A stretch of 60,867 nucleotides of DNA, from positions 1 through 60,867 of the forward strand of contig DATIFC010000161.1 of the NCBI GenBank assembly GCA_035455445.1, in the 5' to 3' direction. Below the pieces are notes generated by a model. That model worked only from the letters and a program-made list of their open reading frames with translations. It was not told the origin of the DNA and made no database searches. Shown in pieces: positions 24,615-33,577 of the stretch. Made by a program: the position numbers and the translations under genes. The stretch is from Gaiellaceae bacterium. Its GTDB lineage: Bacteria; Actinomycetota; Thermoleophilia; Gaiellales; Gaiellaceae. How positions within the stretch are numbered: the stretch's first letter is position 1; every line of letters begins with the position of its first letter.

Positions 24615-26255
24615 CTACTTCAGCGCCAGCGCCGGGATGCTCCAGTCGGCGAGGGCGTTGCTGTAGACGAGGCTCTTCGGGTCGACGCGCGACGAGAAGA
24701 GGTAGCGGTTGTTGTACACGTTGAGCACCACCGCCGGCGCGACCTCCCTCGTCACCTCGAGGTCGAGCCTGCCGAGCGCACGCTCTCTCGCCCGGCCGGT
24801 CAGCTTCAGCGCGGCCGCGAGCTTGAGCTTGCGCCGGTACTTCGTGTTCTGGCTGCCGAGAGGGCTCGCAGGGTCGAGCGCGAGACTGATCAGGAAGGCG
24901 GGGTTGGAGAGGAAGTCGCCACACCAGCCCATGCCCACGCCGAGGTCGAGGTCGGTGTTGCGCTTGCTCATCGCGTCGTAGATGTCCGCTCCGCTGAACG
25001 GCTTCAGCTTGATCCTCGCCGGGTCGACGCCGAGCTCGACGAGCTCGTCCCGCAGCAGCCGGGCCTGTGACGTGCCCGTCGTCCCCGAGCTGCGATAGCC
25101 GACGTTGATCTTGCCCCTGCGCAGGTACCCGGCCGCGAGCCGGCGCGCCTTGCGGACATCGGGCCCCCCGCCGTACGGCTGCAGCTTCGTCGCCGTCACG
25201 GATCCCGGGAAGGTCGGCGGGAGCAGGTGCGTCCACGGCCTCCTCGCGTAGGGGCCGGCGCTCGCCGCGTAGGCCTTCCGGTCGACCGCCCAGTTGAGCG
25301 CGCGCCGCAGTGCGACGTTGTTCCTGAACACCGGCCGCGCCCGGTTGATCGCCAGCAGGCCGACGCACGAGGTCGGCTTCGCCCAGAAGCGCGTCCGGTT
25401 GACGCCGTAGGCCTTCGCCGCGTCGCGGACGTGCGCCGTGGGAGGCGAGCTCTCGTCGAGGCTGCCTGACTGAACGCGCTGGTACGCGCTTTCCTCGTCG
25501 AGGCTCCAGTGCACCTCGACGCCGCGCAGGTTGTGCGGGCGGGCGCCGCGGTAGTACGGGTTACGCCGCAGCTCCGTGACCACGTTCGCCTCGTTGCGGC
25601 TGAAGAAATACGGGCCCGCGGAGGGGTAGCGGCCGGTCATCTCGCGGCTCAGCGGCAGCCTGGCGGAGGTCGCCTGGAAGAACGGCATCGTGAGCAGCGA
25701 GGGGAGCGCCGCGTAGGGCCGCATCAGGCGGACGACCAGCCGGTTGCCCTTGGCCACGACTCCGCGGACGTGCTGGGCGCTCCCGCTGTTCACGGCCCCC
25801 GCACCGACGATGCTCGCCCCGTTCGGATCCGTGATGAACGGCGCGCCCGGCGAGGCCAGGTCGTGGTTCGCCACGCGGTCGATCGCGTACCTGAAGCTCG
25901 CCGCCGTCACCGGCAGGCCGTCGCTGAAGCGGAAGCCCTTGCGGATGAAGAACGTCCACGTCCTGCCGTCGCGCGAGACGGTGTACCGCGAGGCGACCTC
26001 CGGCACGAGCCTCGTTCCCGCCTGCCCCGGTCGGTCGGGGTAGTTGAAGAGCTTGGCCGCCGTCGCGTACTCCAGCCACCACGCCGTCGAGACGTACGCG
26101 AGCTGCGGGTCGATCTGCACCGAGGCGCCCGGGACGCCGTAACGGAAGATCCCGCCCTGCCTGAAGCCGAACGACGCCGCCGCGAGCTGCGCGGTGACCA
26201 GCATCGCCGCGCCCAGCGCCAGCGTCCCGAGCGAGACCCAGAACCGTGCGCCCAT
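24615..26255 (-). CDS. ABC-transporter solute-binding protein, family 5 (peptide/nickel type), secreted
   Basis: Track ORF of 546 aa. N-terminal signal/TM: MGARFWVSLGTLALGAAMLVTAQLAAA. SBP_bac_5-like segment: LVPEVASRYTVSRDGRTWTFFIRKGFRFSDGLPVTAASF. Confidence 0.75.
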   Translation of the reverse strand: MGARFWVSLGTLALGAAMLVTAQLAAASFGFRQGGIFRYGVPGASVQIDPQLAYVSTAWWLEYATAAKLFNYPDRPGQAGTRLVPEVASRYTVSRDGRTWTFFIRKGFRFSDGLPVTAASFRYAIDRVANHDLASPGAPFITDPNGASIVGAGAVNSGSAQHVRGVVAKGNRLVVRLMRPYAALPSLLTMPFFQATSARLPLSREMTGRYPSAGPYFFSRNEANVVTELRRNPYYRGARPHNLRGVEVHWSLDEESAYQRVQSGSLDESSPPTAHVRDAAKAYGVNRTRFWAKPTSCVGLLAINRARPVFRNNVALRRALNWAVDRKAYAASAGPYARRPWTHLLPPTFPGSVTATKLQPYGGGPDVRKARRLAAGYLRRGKINVGYRSSGTTGTSQARLLRDELVELGVDPARIKLKPFSGADIYDAMSKRNTDLDLGVGMGWCGDFLSNPAFLISLALDPASPLGSQNTKYRRKLKLAAALKLTGRARERALGRLDLEVTREVAPAVVLNVYNNRYLFSSRVDPKSLVYSNALADWSIPALALK

Positions 26256-26303
26256 CCGTCAACTGAGACGCTGCGCCTCTGGAGCAGTTAGTGCGGTTGG
26301 ATA

Positions 26304-26681
26304 CTAGAGCTCGTCGTCCGAGCCGAGCGACTCGCCGATCCGCTCGGCGAGCGCCTCGGCGCTGAGGCTGGGCTCGTCGCCCTCCCCGCGCAGCTCCTCC
26401 ACGGTCACGTCGCTCGAGGTGTAGACCTCGGCGCGCGGGATGATGCGGGTCGGGCGGTTCTTGTCCCAGACCCAGACGTCCTCCATCCGCAGGTGGAAGA
26501 ACGGGTAGCTCGGCTGCGGCACGTACTGGAGGTCGAGCTTGTTGCAGAGGTACGTCGCGTCCTGCGTCAGCACGCAGTAGCGGAAGAGGGCGAAGACGGC
26601 CGAGTACTCCTTCTTGAGCGCAAGCTCGAGCTCCGCCTCGAACTCGTCGAGCTCGTCGAGGTGCGACATGCGGCCCATCAT
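26304..26681 (-). CDS. Conserved acidic cytosolic protein, resembles actinobacterial DUF2469 family
   Basis: C-terminal 125 codons of track ORF 26304..26936 from ATG 26679-26681 (ATGA overlap with the folK stop). ELELALKKEYSAVFALFRYCVLTQDATYLCN...MEDVWVWDKNRPTRIIPRAEVYTSSDVTVEEL matches my memory of the DUF2469 pattern (ELSLYREY...ADAWVWDMYRP...DVNIEEL). Confidence 0.45.
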   Translation of the reverse strand: MMGRMSHLDELDEFEAELELALKKEYSAVFALFRYCVLTQDATYLCNKLDLQYVPQPSYPFFHLRMEDVWVWDKNRPTRIIPRAEVYTSSDVTVEELRGEGDEPSLSAEALAERIGESLGSDDEL

Positions 26682-27136
26682 AGCCCTGCCAGGAGGGTCT
26701 GGACCGGGCCGCGTCCGGGGATCTCGAGCGTCGGATCGAGCTCGCCCAGAGGCTCCAGCGCGAAGCGCCGCTCGTGCAGCCTGGGATGCGGGATCGTGAG
26801 GCTCGGCTCGTCGATCACCTCGTCGCCGTGGAGGAGCAGATCGAGGTCGATCGTGCGCGGGCCGAAGCGCGGCCCCTCGCCCCGCTCGCGGCCCAGCCGG
26901 CGCTCGATCGCGAGCAGGCGCTCCAGCAGCTCGCACGCGGAGAGGGTCGTCCTCAGCTCGGCGGCACCGTTCAGGAAGCGCGGCTGGTCTTCGTAGCCGA
27001 CCGGGTCGGTCTCGCGGAGGGTCGAGACGGCGACGACTTCCACGCCGTCCTCCGCCGCGAGCAGCTCGAGCGCGCGCTCGATCTGCCCCCGCGGGTGATC
27101 GAGGTTGGCGCCGAGGCCGACGAAGCTCCTGGTCAT
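26678..27136 (-). CDS. folK: 2-amino-4-hydroxy-6-hydroxymethyldihydropteridine diphosphokinase
   Basis: Inside track ORF 26678..27241, started at ATG 27134-27136 (MTRSFVGLGANL...). Motifs: PRTIDLDLLLHG, LTIPHPRLHERRFALEPL. ATG 27154 is an alternative start. Confidence 0.85.
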   Translation of the reverse strand: MTRSFVGLGANLDHPRGQIERALELLAAEDGVEVVAVSTLRETDPVGYEDQPRFLNGAAELRTTLSACELLERLLAIERRLGRERGEGPRFGPRTIDLDLLLHGDEVIDEPSLTIPHPRLHERRFALEPLGELDPTLEIPGRGPVQTLLAGL

Positions 27137-27185
27137 GTCGCGATTGTCCGCCATCCGCCTGCGGGCGCAGCTACCGTGTCCCGCG

Positions 27186-28826
27186 ATGCGCCGCGCCGCG
27201 CTGATCGGGGTCCTCGCTCTCTGCTGCTCCTCGCCCGCCACCGCAGGGCTGCTGGCGCACTCCGGGCAGCCCGTGGTCGCCGGCTCGACCTCGCTGGCGC
27301 GGCTGCAGGCCTACCCGCGGACGCTGGTCGAGCTCGACCGCGAACGGCTCGCCGAGGCGACACCGCTCCTGCGACGAGCCGGCGGCCGGCAGCTCGACGG
27401 CGAGCTCGCGCTCTGGCGCCTCCCGAGCTGGGAGGCGCAACGGCTGCTGCCGCTGCTCGAGCGCCGCGGCCTCGTGCGCTCGGTGACCCCCGACTACCCG
27501 CTCGGCACCGACCCACGCAATCCGAGCGGGTTCTTCGGCCAGTTCACCGACCCGCTCTCCGCCACGGAATGGTGGCCCTCCCACGTCGGCATGACCGACT
27601 GGACGGCACCGGGGCCGGGCGTCCCGCTGACGATGATCGACTCGGGCGTCGACCTCTCGCACGAGGAGTTCGCCGGCCGCCCGGACACCGTCGCGCTGAA
27701 CCCGCAGACCTTCAGCGCCAACGAGGAGGAGCTGCACGGCACGGCGACCGCGTCGGTCGCAGCCGCGCCCCTGAACGCCAAGGGCATCGTCGGCATCTAC
27801 CCCCAGGCGAAGCTGCAGCTCTTCGACGCGAGCCCCGGCGGGCAGCTGACCGTCGGCGACGAGATCGCGGGCCTCGCGGCCGCGCGGAGCCGGGGCCGCG
27901 GGGTGATCAACCTCAGCCTCGGCGGCTTCGACAGGCTCTCCATCGAGGAGCACGCGATCCTGAACGCCTTCGGCGCGGGGCTGCTCGTCGTCGCCTCGGC
28001 GGGGAACGACCGCCAGGACGGCAGCTCGCCCTCGTATCCCGCGGCCTTCGCGCACGTGCTCACGGTCGGGGCCACCGACGAGAACGACCACGTGACCGTC
28101 TTCTCGAGCACGTCGGCCGCCATGGACCTCGCGGCGCCGGGCCAGGACATGACCGCCGCGATCCCGACGTTCTGGAACCCGTCCGGCTACACCTCGGTCG
28201 ACGGCACGAGCTTCTCCGCGCCGCTCGTCTCGGGTGCGGCCGCGGCGGTGTGGACGCTCCGTCCGAAGCTGACGAACACGCAGCTCTTCGAGGTCGTGCG
28301 CCGCTCGGCGCGCGACGTCGGCAAGCGGGGCTGGGACGCGGACACCGGCTACGGGATCCTGAACGTGCCCGCCGCGGTGACGCGCAGGCCGCCGCCCCCC
28401 GACCCGCAGGAGCCGAACGAGGACGTCTACCTCGTCAAGCCGAACGGACTCACCCGCGCCGGCAAGACACCGCTCACGCGGCAGGGCCGGCTCCGAGCGT
28501 CGCTGCAGGCGGAGCTCGAGCGGCGCGAGGACCCGGAGGACGTCTACCGCGCCTGGCTGCCGGCCCGCGGCAAGATCGTCGTCACCGTGCGGCCGAACGC
28601 GAACGTGTCGCTGGAGATCTGGGGCCGCAGGACGCGAAGCGTCTTCGAGCAGGGCGCGGCCGCACGGCGCGACCTGATCGGGGTCTCGGCGCACGCCGGG
28701 GCGCGCTTCGAGCGGGTGACGGTGAAGGGCCGCGGTGTCGGCCAGTACGTCTACGTCGACGTCTTCCTGGCGAAGAACGTCGTGCAGGCGAGCTACCAGG
28801 TCAGCGTCGCTCCCGCCGCACGGTAG
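27186..28826 (+). CDS. Secreted subtilisin-like (S8) serine protease
   Basis: Inside track ORF 27105..28826, started at ATG 27186 (signal peptide MRRAALIGVLALCCSSPATAG). Catalytic triad contexts: TMIDSGVDLSH, HGTATASVAAA, DGTSFSAPLVSGAAAAVW. Confidence 0.85.
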   Translation: MRRAALIGVLALCCSSPATAGLLAHSGQPVVAGSTSLARLQAYPRTLVELDRERLAEATPLLRRAGGRQLDGELALWRLPSWEAQRLLPLLERRGLVRSVTPDYPLGTDPRNPSGFFGQFTDPLSATEWWPSHVGMTDWTAPGPGVPLTMIDSGVDLSHEEFAGRPDTVALNPQTFSANEEELHGTATASVAAAPLNAKGIVGIYPQAKLQLFDASPGGQLTVGDEIAGLAAARSRGRGVINLSLGGFDRLSIEEHAILNAFGAGLLVVASAGNDRQDGSSPSYPAAFAHVLTVGATDENDHVTVFSSTSAAMDLAAPGQDMTAAIPTFWNPSGYTSVDGTSFSAPLVSGAAAAVWTLRPKLTNTQLFEVVRRSARDVGKRGWDADTGYGILNVPAAVTRRPPPPDPQEPNEDVYLVKPNGLTRAGKTPLTRQGRLRASLQAELERREDPEDVYRAWLPARGKIVVTVRPNANVSLEIWGRRTRSVFEQGAAARRDLIGVSAHAGARFERVTVKGRGVGQYVYVDVFLAKNVVQASYQVSVAPAAR

Positions 28827-29154
28827 CCGCGGCGTAGTCGACCGGCAGGCCGAGCTGCACGTGCGGCTTGCGCACGCGCACGCGGACGCTCCGGGCCGGG
28901 AAGCGCGCGAGCAGCGCGTCGGCGAGCGTCGCCGCGAGCGACTCGAGCAGATGGAAACGGCGGCTATCCGAGACCTCGCGGATCAGTGCCACCACCTCGC
29001 GGTAGTCGACGGTCTGCACGAGCGAGTCGGAGGCCGGCTCGTCGAGCTCGAGGTCGACGTCGTAGAGGAACGGCTGCAGGGTCTCGCGCTCCTCGTCCAA
29101 CGCGCCGTGGCGACCGGCCAGCCGGAGGCCGGCGAGCTCGACGACTACGCTCAT
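28801..29154 (-). CDS. folB: Dihydroneopterin aldolase
   Basis: Track ORF of 117 aa: VELAGLRLAGRHGALDEERETLQPFLYDVDLEL...TVDYREVV, positioned between folP and folK. Its 3' end overlaps the protease 3' end by 26 nt. Confidence 0.8.
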   Translation of the reverse strand: MSVVVELAGLRLAGRHGALDEERETLQPFLYDVDLELDEPASDSLVQTVDYREVVALIREVSDSRRFHLLESLAATLADALLARFPARSVRVRVRKPHVQLGLPVDYAAATVRRERR

Positions 29155-29236
29155 TGGGGAACCTTCAGAGCGGTTCGTCGCACCGGCCTGCGATGCCGGA
29201 CGCGAGTTCTCGAGCCAAGCCGGACGCGTAGCGTGC

Positions 29237-30055
29237 TCACGTGTACACCGCGCGCGCCGCGGCCAGCGCCTCGACGTGCTCGCGGACGTCGTGCACGCGC
29301 AGGATCGTCGCGCCGCGCTCGTACGCGGCGACGGCCGCCCCGACGCTCGCCGCGACCGAGCCCGTGGTCGCGTCCGGGTCGCCCAGCAGCCTGCCGAGCG
29401 AGCTCTTCCGCGAGATGCCGAGAAGCACCGGCCGGCCGAGCGCGGTCAGCTCGTCGAGGCGGCGGATCAGCTCGAAGTTGTGGTCGACGGTCTTACCGAA
29501 GCCGATCCCCGGGTCGAGGCAGATGCGCTCCTCGGCGACGCCCGCCGCCACCGCGGCCGCGAGCCGCTCCTCGAGGAACGCCGCGACCTCGGCGACCACG
29601 TCCTCGTAGCGCGGGTCGAGCTGCATCGTGCGCGGCTCGCCCTGCATGTGCATCAGGCAGAGGTAGGCCCCGGACTCGGCGACGGCGGCCGCCAGCTCGG
29701 GGTCGCCTCGCAGCGCGGTCACGTCGTTCACGAGCTCCGCGCCCAGCCCGAGCGCGCGGCGCGCGACCGCCGCCTTCGAGGTGTCGATCGAGACCGGCAC
29801 CTCGCCTTCGAGCGCCTCGAGCACGGGGACGACACGGCGCAGCTCGTCGTCCGCGGTCACGCCTTCGGCGCCCGGCCGCGTCGACTCGCCGCCGAGGTCG
29901 ACGATCGCCGCGCCCTCCGCGAGCATCCGCCGCGCGCTCGCGACCGCATCCGCCGGGTCGAGGTTCACCCCTCCGTCGGAGAACGAGTCCGGCGTGACGT
30001 TGACGACGCCCATCACGGACGGCCGCGGGAAGCGCTGCTCGATGGCCGGCCTCAT
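29237..30055 (-). CDS. folP: Dihydropteroate synthase
   Basis: Inside track ORF 29237..30238: SVMGVVNVTPDSFSDGG, IVDLGGESTRPGA, SIDTSKAAVA, VNDVTALRGDP, DPGIGFGKT. Start is either ATG 30053-30055 (MRPAIEQRF...) or ATG 30074-30076 (MALTYPRM...). Confidence 0.85.
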   Translation of the reverse strand: MRPAIEQRFPRPSVMGVVNVTPDSFSDGGVNLDPADAVASARRMLAEGAAIVDLGGESTRPGAEGVTADDELRRVVPVLEALEGEVPVSIDTSKAAVARRALGLGAELVNDVTALRGDPELAAAVAESGAYLCLMHMQGEPRTMQLDPRYEDVVAEVAAFLEERLAAAVAAGVAEERICLDPGIGFGKTVDHNFELIRRLDELTALGRPVLLGISRKSSLGRLLGDPDATTGSVAASVGAAVAAYERGATILRVHDVREHVEALAAARAVYT

Positions 30056-30062
30056 GCGTGGG

Positions 30063-30068
30063 TAGGTT
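30063..30068 (+). promoter_or_regulatory. -10-like hexamer TAGGTT (TANNNT) 6 nt upstream of the ABC exporter ATG; leaderless-type arrangement
   Basis: Read directly: TAGGTT-agggcc-ATG (30075). No SD sequence is present. Confidence 0.3.
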
Positions 30069-30074
30069 AGGGCC

Positions 30075-31823
30075 ATGGGCGACGAAAGGGCACGCCGGGG
30101 CGCAGCATGGCGATTCGTCCGCGCGGTCGTGGGCTCGCAGGCCCACGGCGTCACGGGCGCGGTCGTCTCCGGCCTGCTCTGGCAGGCCGGAGCGGTGGCC
30201 GCGCCGCTCGTCGTCAAGTACGCGATCGACCACGGCATCGTCGGCCACGACCACCGGACGCTCGTGATCTGGCTGGTCGTGCTGCTCGTGGTCGGGCTGC
30301 TCGAGGTCGTCGCCGGCGCCTTCCGCCACCTCTACGCGATCCGCAACCGCTCCCACTCGGACGCCCGCGTCCGCGACGCGATCTTCGCGCACGCGCTGCG
30401 GCTCGACGCCTCGTACCACGACCGCGTCGGCCCGGGCGAGCTGCTGAGCCGCGCCTCCTCCGACTCGCAGCACGTCGCGCGGATGATGGACGCGATCGGG
30501 CACACGATCGGCTACGCCTTGACGGTGGTCGCGGTCGCGACCGTGATGCTGGTGCTCGACCCCGGGCTCGCGCTGATCGTCCTGATCCCGGTGCCGCTCG
30601 TCACGCTGGGCGCCTGGCTCTACTCCCGCCGCTACGACGCCGGCACGCGGCTGCTGCAGGAGTCGTGGGCGCAGGCCTCGACGCTGGTGGAGGAGACGGT
30701 CAGCGGGATCCGCGTCGTGAAGGGGCTCGGCGCGGGCGACGCGCTCGAGGGCCGCTTCCGCCGCCGCAGCGACGAGATCATGGGCCGCGCGCTCGACCTG
30801 GCCCGGCTCGACGCGGTCTTCATCCCGTTGCTGGAGGCGCTGCCGCTGCTCGGGATCGCAACCGTGCTCTGGTTCGGCGGTCGGCAGGTCATCGCCGGCG
30901 ACCTCTCCGTCGGCTCGTTCGTCGCCTTCAACGCCTACGTCGTGATGCTGGTCTGGCCGCTGCGCGTGCTCGGCCAGCGCGTGACGACCCTGCAGAAGGC
31001 GCTCGGCGCGAGCGGCCGCATCACCGAGGTGCTCGAGGCCGAGCCGCGGCTGCGCGAGCCGCGCCGTCCCGAAGAGCTCGAGCGCCCCGTGCGAGGCGAC
31101 GTGTGGCTCGAGGGCGTCCGCTTCGGGCACGAGGGTGACCACGCGGTGCTCGACGGGCTCGACCTGCACGTCGCACCAGGCGAGTCGCTGGCGCTCGTCG
31201 GCGCCACCGGCTCGGGCAAGAGCACGGTCGCCGGGCTGCTCGCGCGCCTCTACGACCCGGAGGGCGGGCGGGTGCTGCTCGACGGCCACGACCTGCGGCA
31301 GCTGCGGCTGGCCGACGTCCGCCGCGCGGTCGCGCTCGTCTTCGAGGAGACGTTCCTCTTCAGCGAGAGCGTGCGCGAGAACATCCGCGTCGGCCGGCCA
31401 GACGCGGGCGACGAGGACGTGCAGCGTGCCGCCGGTCTCGCCGGCGCGGCGGAGTTCGTCGCGAAGCTGCCCGACGGCTACGAGACGATCCTCGGCGAGC
31501 GTGGGTTCTCGCTCTCGGGCGGCCAGCGCCAGCGCATCGCGATCGCGCGCGCGATCCTCGCCGACCCGGCGGTGCTCGTGCTCGACGACGCCACCTCGGC
31601 CGTCGACGCGACGAAGGAGCACGAGATCCGCGCCGCGCTCGCGGAGGTGATGCGCGGCCGCACGACGCTCGTGATCGCACACCGCCCGGCCACGATCGCG
31701 CTCGCCGACCGCGTCGCAATGCTCGAAGGCGGCCGCATCGTCGAGGAGGGCACGCACGACGAGCTGATCGCGAGCTCGCCTCGGTACCGCGCGCTGCTCG
31801 CGCTGGAGGAGGTCGCCGCATGA
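30075..31823 (+). CDS. ABC exporter, fused permease/ATPase half-transporter (degenerate-site partner)
   Basis: Track ORF of 582 aa: six-TM domain, Walker A GATGSGKST, signature LSGGQRQRIAIARA. Walker B is VLVLDDATSAVD, with Asp in place of the catalytic Glu. H-loop: VIAHR. Confidence 0.85.
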   Translation: MGDERARRGAAWRFVRAVVGSQAHGVTGAVVSGLLWQAGAVAAPLVVKYAIDHGIVGHDHRTLVIWLVVLLVVGLLEVVAGAFRHLYAIRNRSHSDARVRDAIFAHALRLDASYHDRVGPGELLSRASSDSQHVARMMDAIGHTIGYALTVVAVATVMLVLDPGLALIVLIPVPLVTLGAWLYSRRYDAGTRLLQESWAQASTLVEETVSGIRVVKGLGAGDALEGRFRRRSDEIMGRALDLARLDAVFIPLLEALPLLGIATVLWFGGRQVIAGDLSVGSFVAFNAYVVMLVWPLRVLGQRVTTLQKALGASGRITEVLEAEPRLREPRRPEELERPVRGDVWLEGVRFGHEGDHAVLDGLDLHVAPGESLALVGATGSGKSTVAGLLARLYDPEGGRVLLDGHDLRQLRLADVRRAVALVFEETFLFSESVRENIRVGRPDAGDEDVQRAAGLAGAAEFVAKLPDGYETILGERGFSLSGGQRQRIAIARAILADPAVLVLDDATSAVDATKEHEIRAALAEVMRGRTTLVIAHRPATIALADRVAMLEGGRIVEEGTHDELIASSPRYRALLALEEVAA

Positions 31824-33577
31824 TGGAGCGGGCCTCCGCGCGGGAGGTCTGGCTCGAGACCGGGCCGCTGACGCGGCACGTCCGGGGCCTCTACCTGGTC
31901 GCGGCCGCCGCGGTGATCGTCTCGACGCTCATCTCGCTCGCGGGACCGGCGCTCGTGCGCTACGCGGTCGACAACGGCATCGTCAAGCACGAGCAGCATC
32001 CGGTGGATGTCGCCGCGGTCGCGATCCTCGGCCTCGCGCTGGCGAAGCCGTTCGTGGTGCGTGTCCAGACGCTCGCCGCCGCGACCGCCTCGGAACGGTT
32101 TCTCACCTCGCTGCGCAAGGTCGCGTTCGCGAAGCTGCAGGCCCTCCCGCTCGGGTTCTTCGAGCAGGAGCGCACTGGCGTGCTCGTCTCGCGGCTCACC
32201 TCCGACGTGCAGGCGCTGGACGAGTTCCTGCGCGAGGCGCTGGTCGAGGTCGTCGGCAGCGGCCTGCAGATCGCGCTGACCGTCGCCGTGCTCGTGATCC
32301 TCTCGCCCGCCCTCGCCGCGGTGTCGCTGATCGCGCTGCCGGTGCTCGTCGTCGCGAGCTGGGCCTTCCACCACAGCGCCGGGGGCGCCTACCACGCGAT
32401 CCGCGACCGCGTCGCCGAGACGCTGACGGTACTGCAGGAGGGCCTCTCGGGGGTGCGCATCGTGCAGGCCTTCCGGCGCGAGCGGCGGACGCTCGACGCC
32501 TACAAGCCGCGCAGCCGAGCGCAGATCGGCGCGTGGCGGCGCGCGTCGTTCGTGAACATCCGGCTCTTCACGATGATCCCGCTGGCGCAGACGGTCGCGC
32601 TCGTCGCCGTGCTGCTCGTCGCCTCGTCGCTCTACCGCAACGGCTCGATCACGCAGGGCACGATCGTCGCGTACGTCCTCTACCTGGTGCAGCTCTTCGA
32701 CCCGATCGCGCGGTTCAGCGAGTGGCTCGGTGAGTTCCGGCAGGGCCTCGCCGCTCTCGGCAAGGTGGTCGGCCTGCTGCAGGCAGAGAACGCGGTCGGC
32801 GAGCGGCCCGGCGCGGTCGAGCTTCCCGCGGACGGCGTGCTCGAGCTCGACGAGGTCACCTTCGGCTACGACGGCGGCGCGCCGGTGGTGAAGGACGTCT
32901 CGCTCGGCCTCGAGGCGGGCGAGCACGTCGCTTTCGTCGGCGTCACCGGGGCGGGCAAGTCGACGCTCGCGAAGCTGCTCACCCGCCAGTACGACCCCCA
33001 GCGGGGCGCGATCCGGCTCGGCGGCGTCGACCTGCGCGACGCATCGCTCGAGTCGCTGCGCCACAGGATCGTGATGCTGCCCCAGGAAGGCCACCTCTTC
33101 AGCGGCACGATCGCCGACAACGTGCGGCTCGCCGACCCTGACGCATCCGACGAGGCGGTCCGGGTCGCGCTGGCGAAGATCGGCGCGCTCGAGCGCTTTG
33201 CCGCCCTGCCCGACGGCCTCGACACCGACGTCCAGACGCGCGGCGTGCGCCTCTCCGCCGGCGAGCGCCAGCTCGTCGGGATCGCGCGCGTCGCGCTCGC
33301 CGACCCGGCCGTGATCGTTCTGGACGAGGCGACCTCGAGCCTCGACCCGGCCACCGAGGCCGCCGTCGAGACCGCGCTGGCGGCGGTCGTCGAGGGCCGG
33401 ACGGTGATCATCATCGCCCACCGCCTCTCGACTGCGGAGCGCGCCGACCGGGTTGTCGTGATGGACCAGGGCGGCGTCGTCGAGACGGCGTCACACGACG
33501 AGCTGGTCGCCCAGGGCGAGCGCTACGCCCGCCTGTGGGCGTCGTGGCAAGCCGGCGTCGCCGCAGGCACTGCGTAG
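31820..33577 (+). CDS. ABC exporter, fused permease/ATPase half-transporter (consensus-site partner)
   Basis: Track ORF of 585 aa, ATGA overlap with the previous gene. Walker A GVTGAGKST, Walker B VIVLDEATSSLD (catalytic Glu present), deviant signature LSAGERQLVGIARV. Confidence 0.85.
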   Translation: MMERASAREVWLETGPLTRHVRGLYLVAAAAVIVSTLISLAGPALVRYAVDNGIVKHEQHPVDVAAVAILGLALAKPFVVRVQTLAAATASERFLTSLRKVAFAKLQALPLGFFEQERTGVLVSRLTSDVQALDEFLREALVEVVGSGLQIALTVAVLVILSPALAAVSLIALPVLVVASWAFHHSAGGAYHAIRDRVAETLTVLQEGLSGVRIVQAFRRERRTLDAYKPRSRAQIGAWRRASFVNIRLFTMIPLAQTVALVAVLLVASSLYRNGSITQGTIVAYVLYLVQLFDPIARFSEWLGEFRQGLAALGKVVGLLQAENAVGERPGAVELPADGVLELDEVTFGYDGGAPVVKDVSLGLEAGEHVAFVGVTGAGKSTLAKLLTRQYDPQRGAIRLGGVDLRDASLESLRHRIVMLPQEGHLFSGTIADNVRLADPDASDEAVRVALAKIGALERFAALPDGLDTDVQTRGVRLSAGERQLVGIARVALADPAVIVLDEATSSLDPATEAAVETALAAVVEGRTVIIIAHRLSTAERADRVVVMDQGGVVETASHDELVAQGERYARLWASWQAGVAAGTA

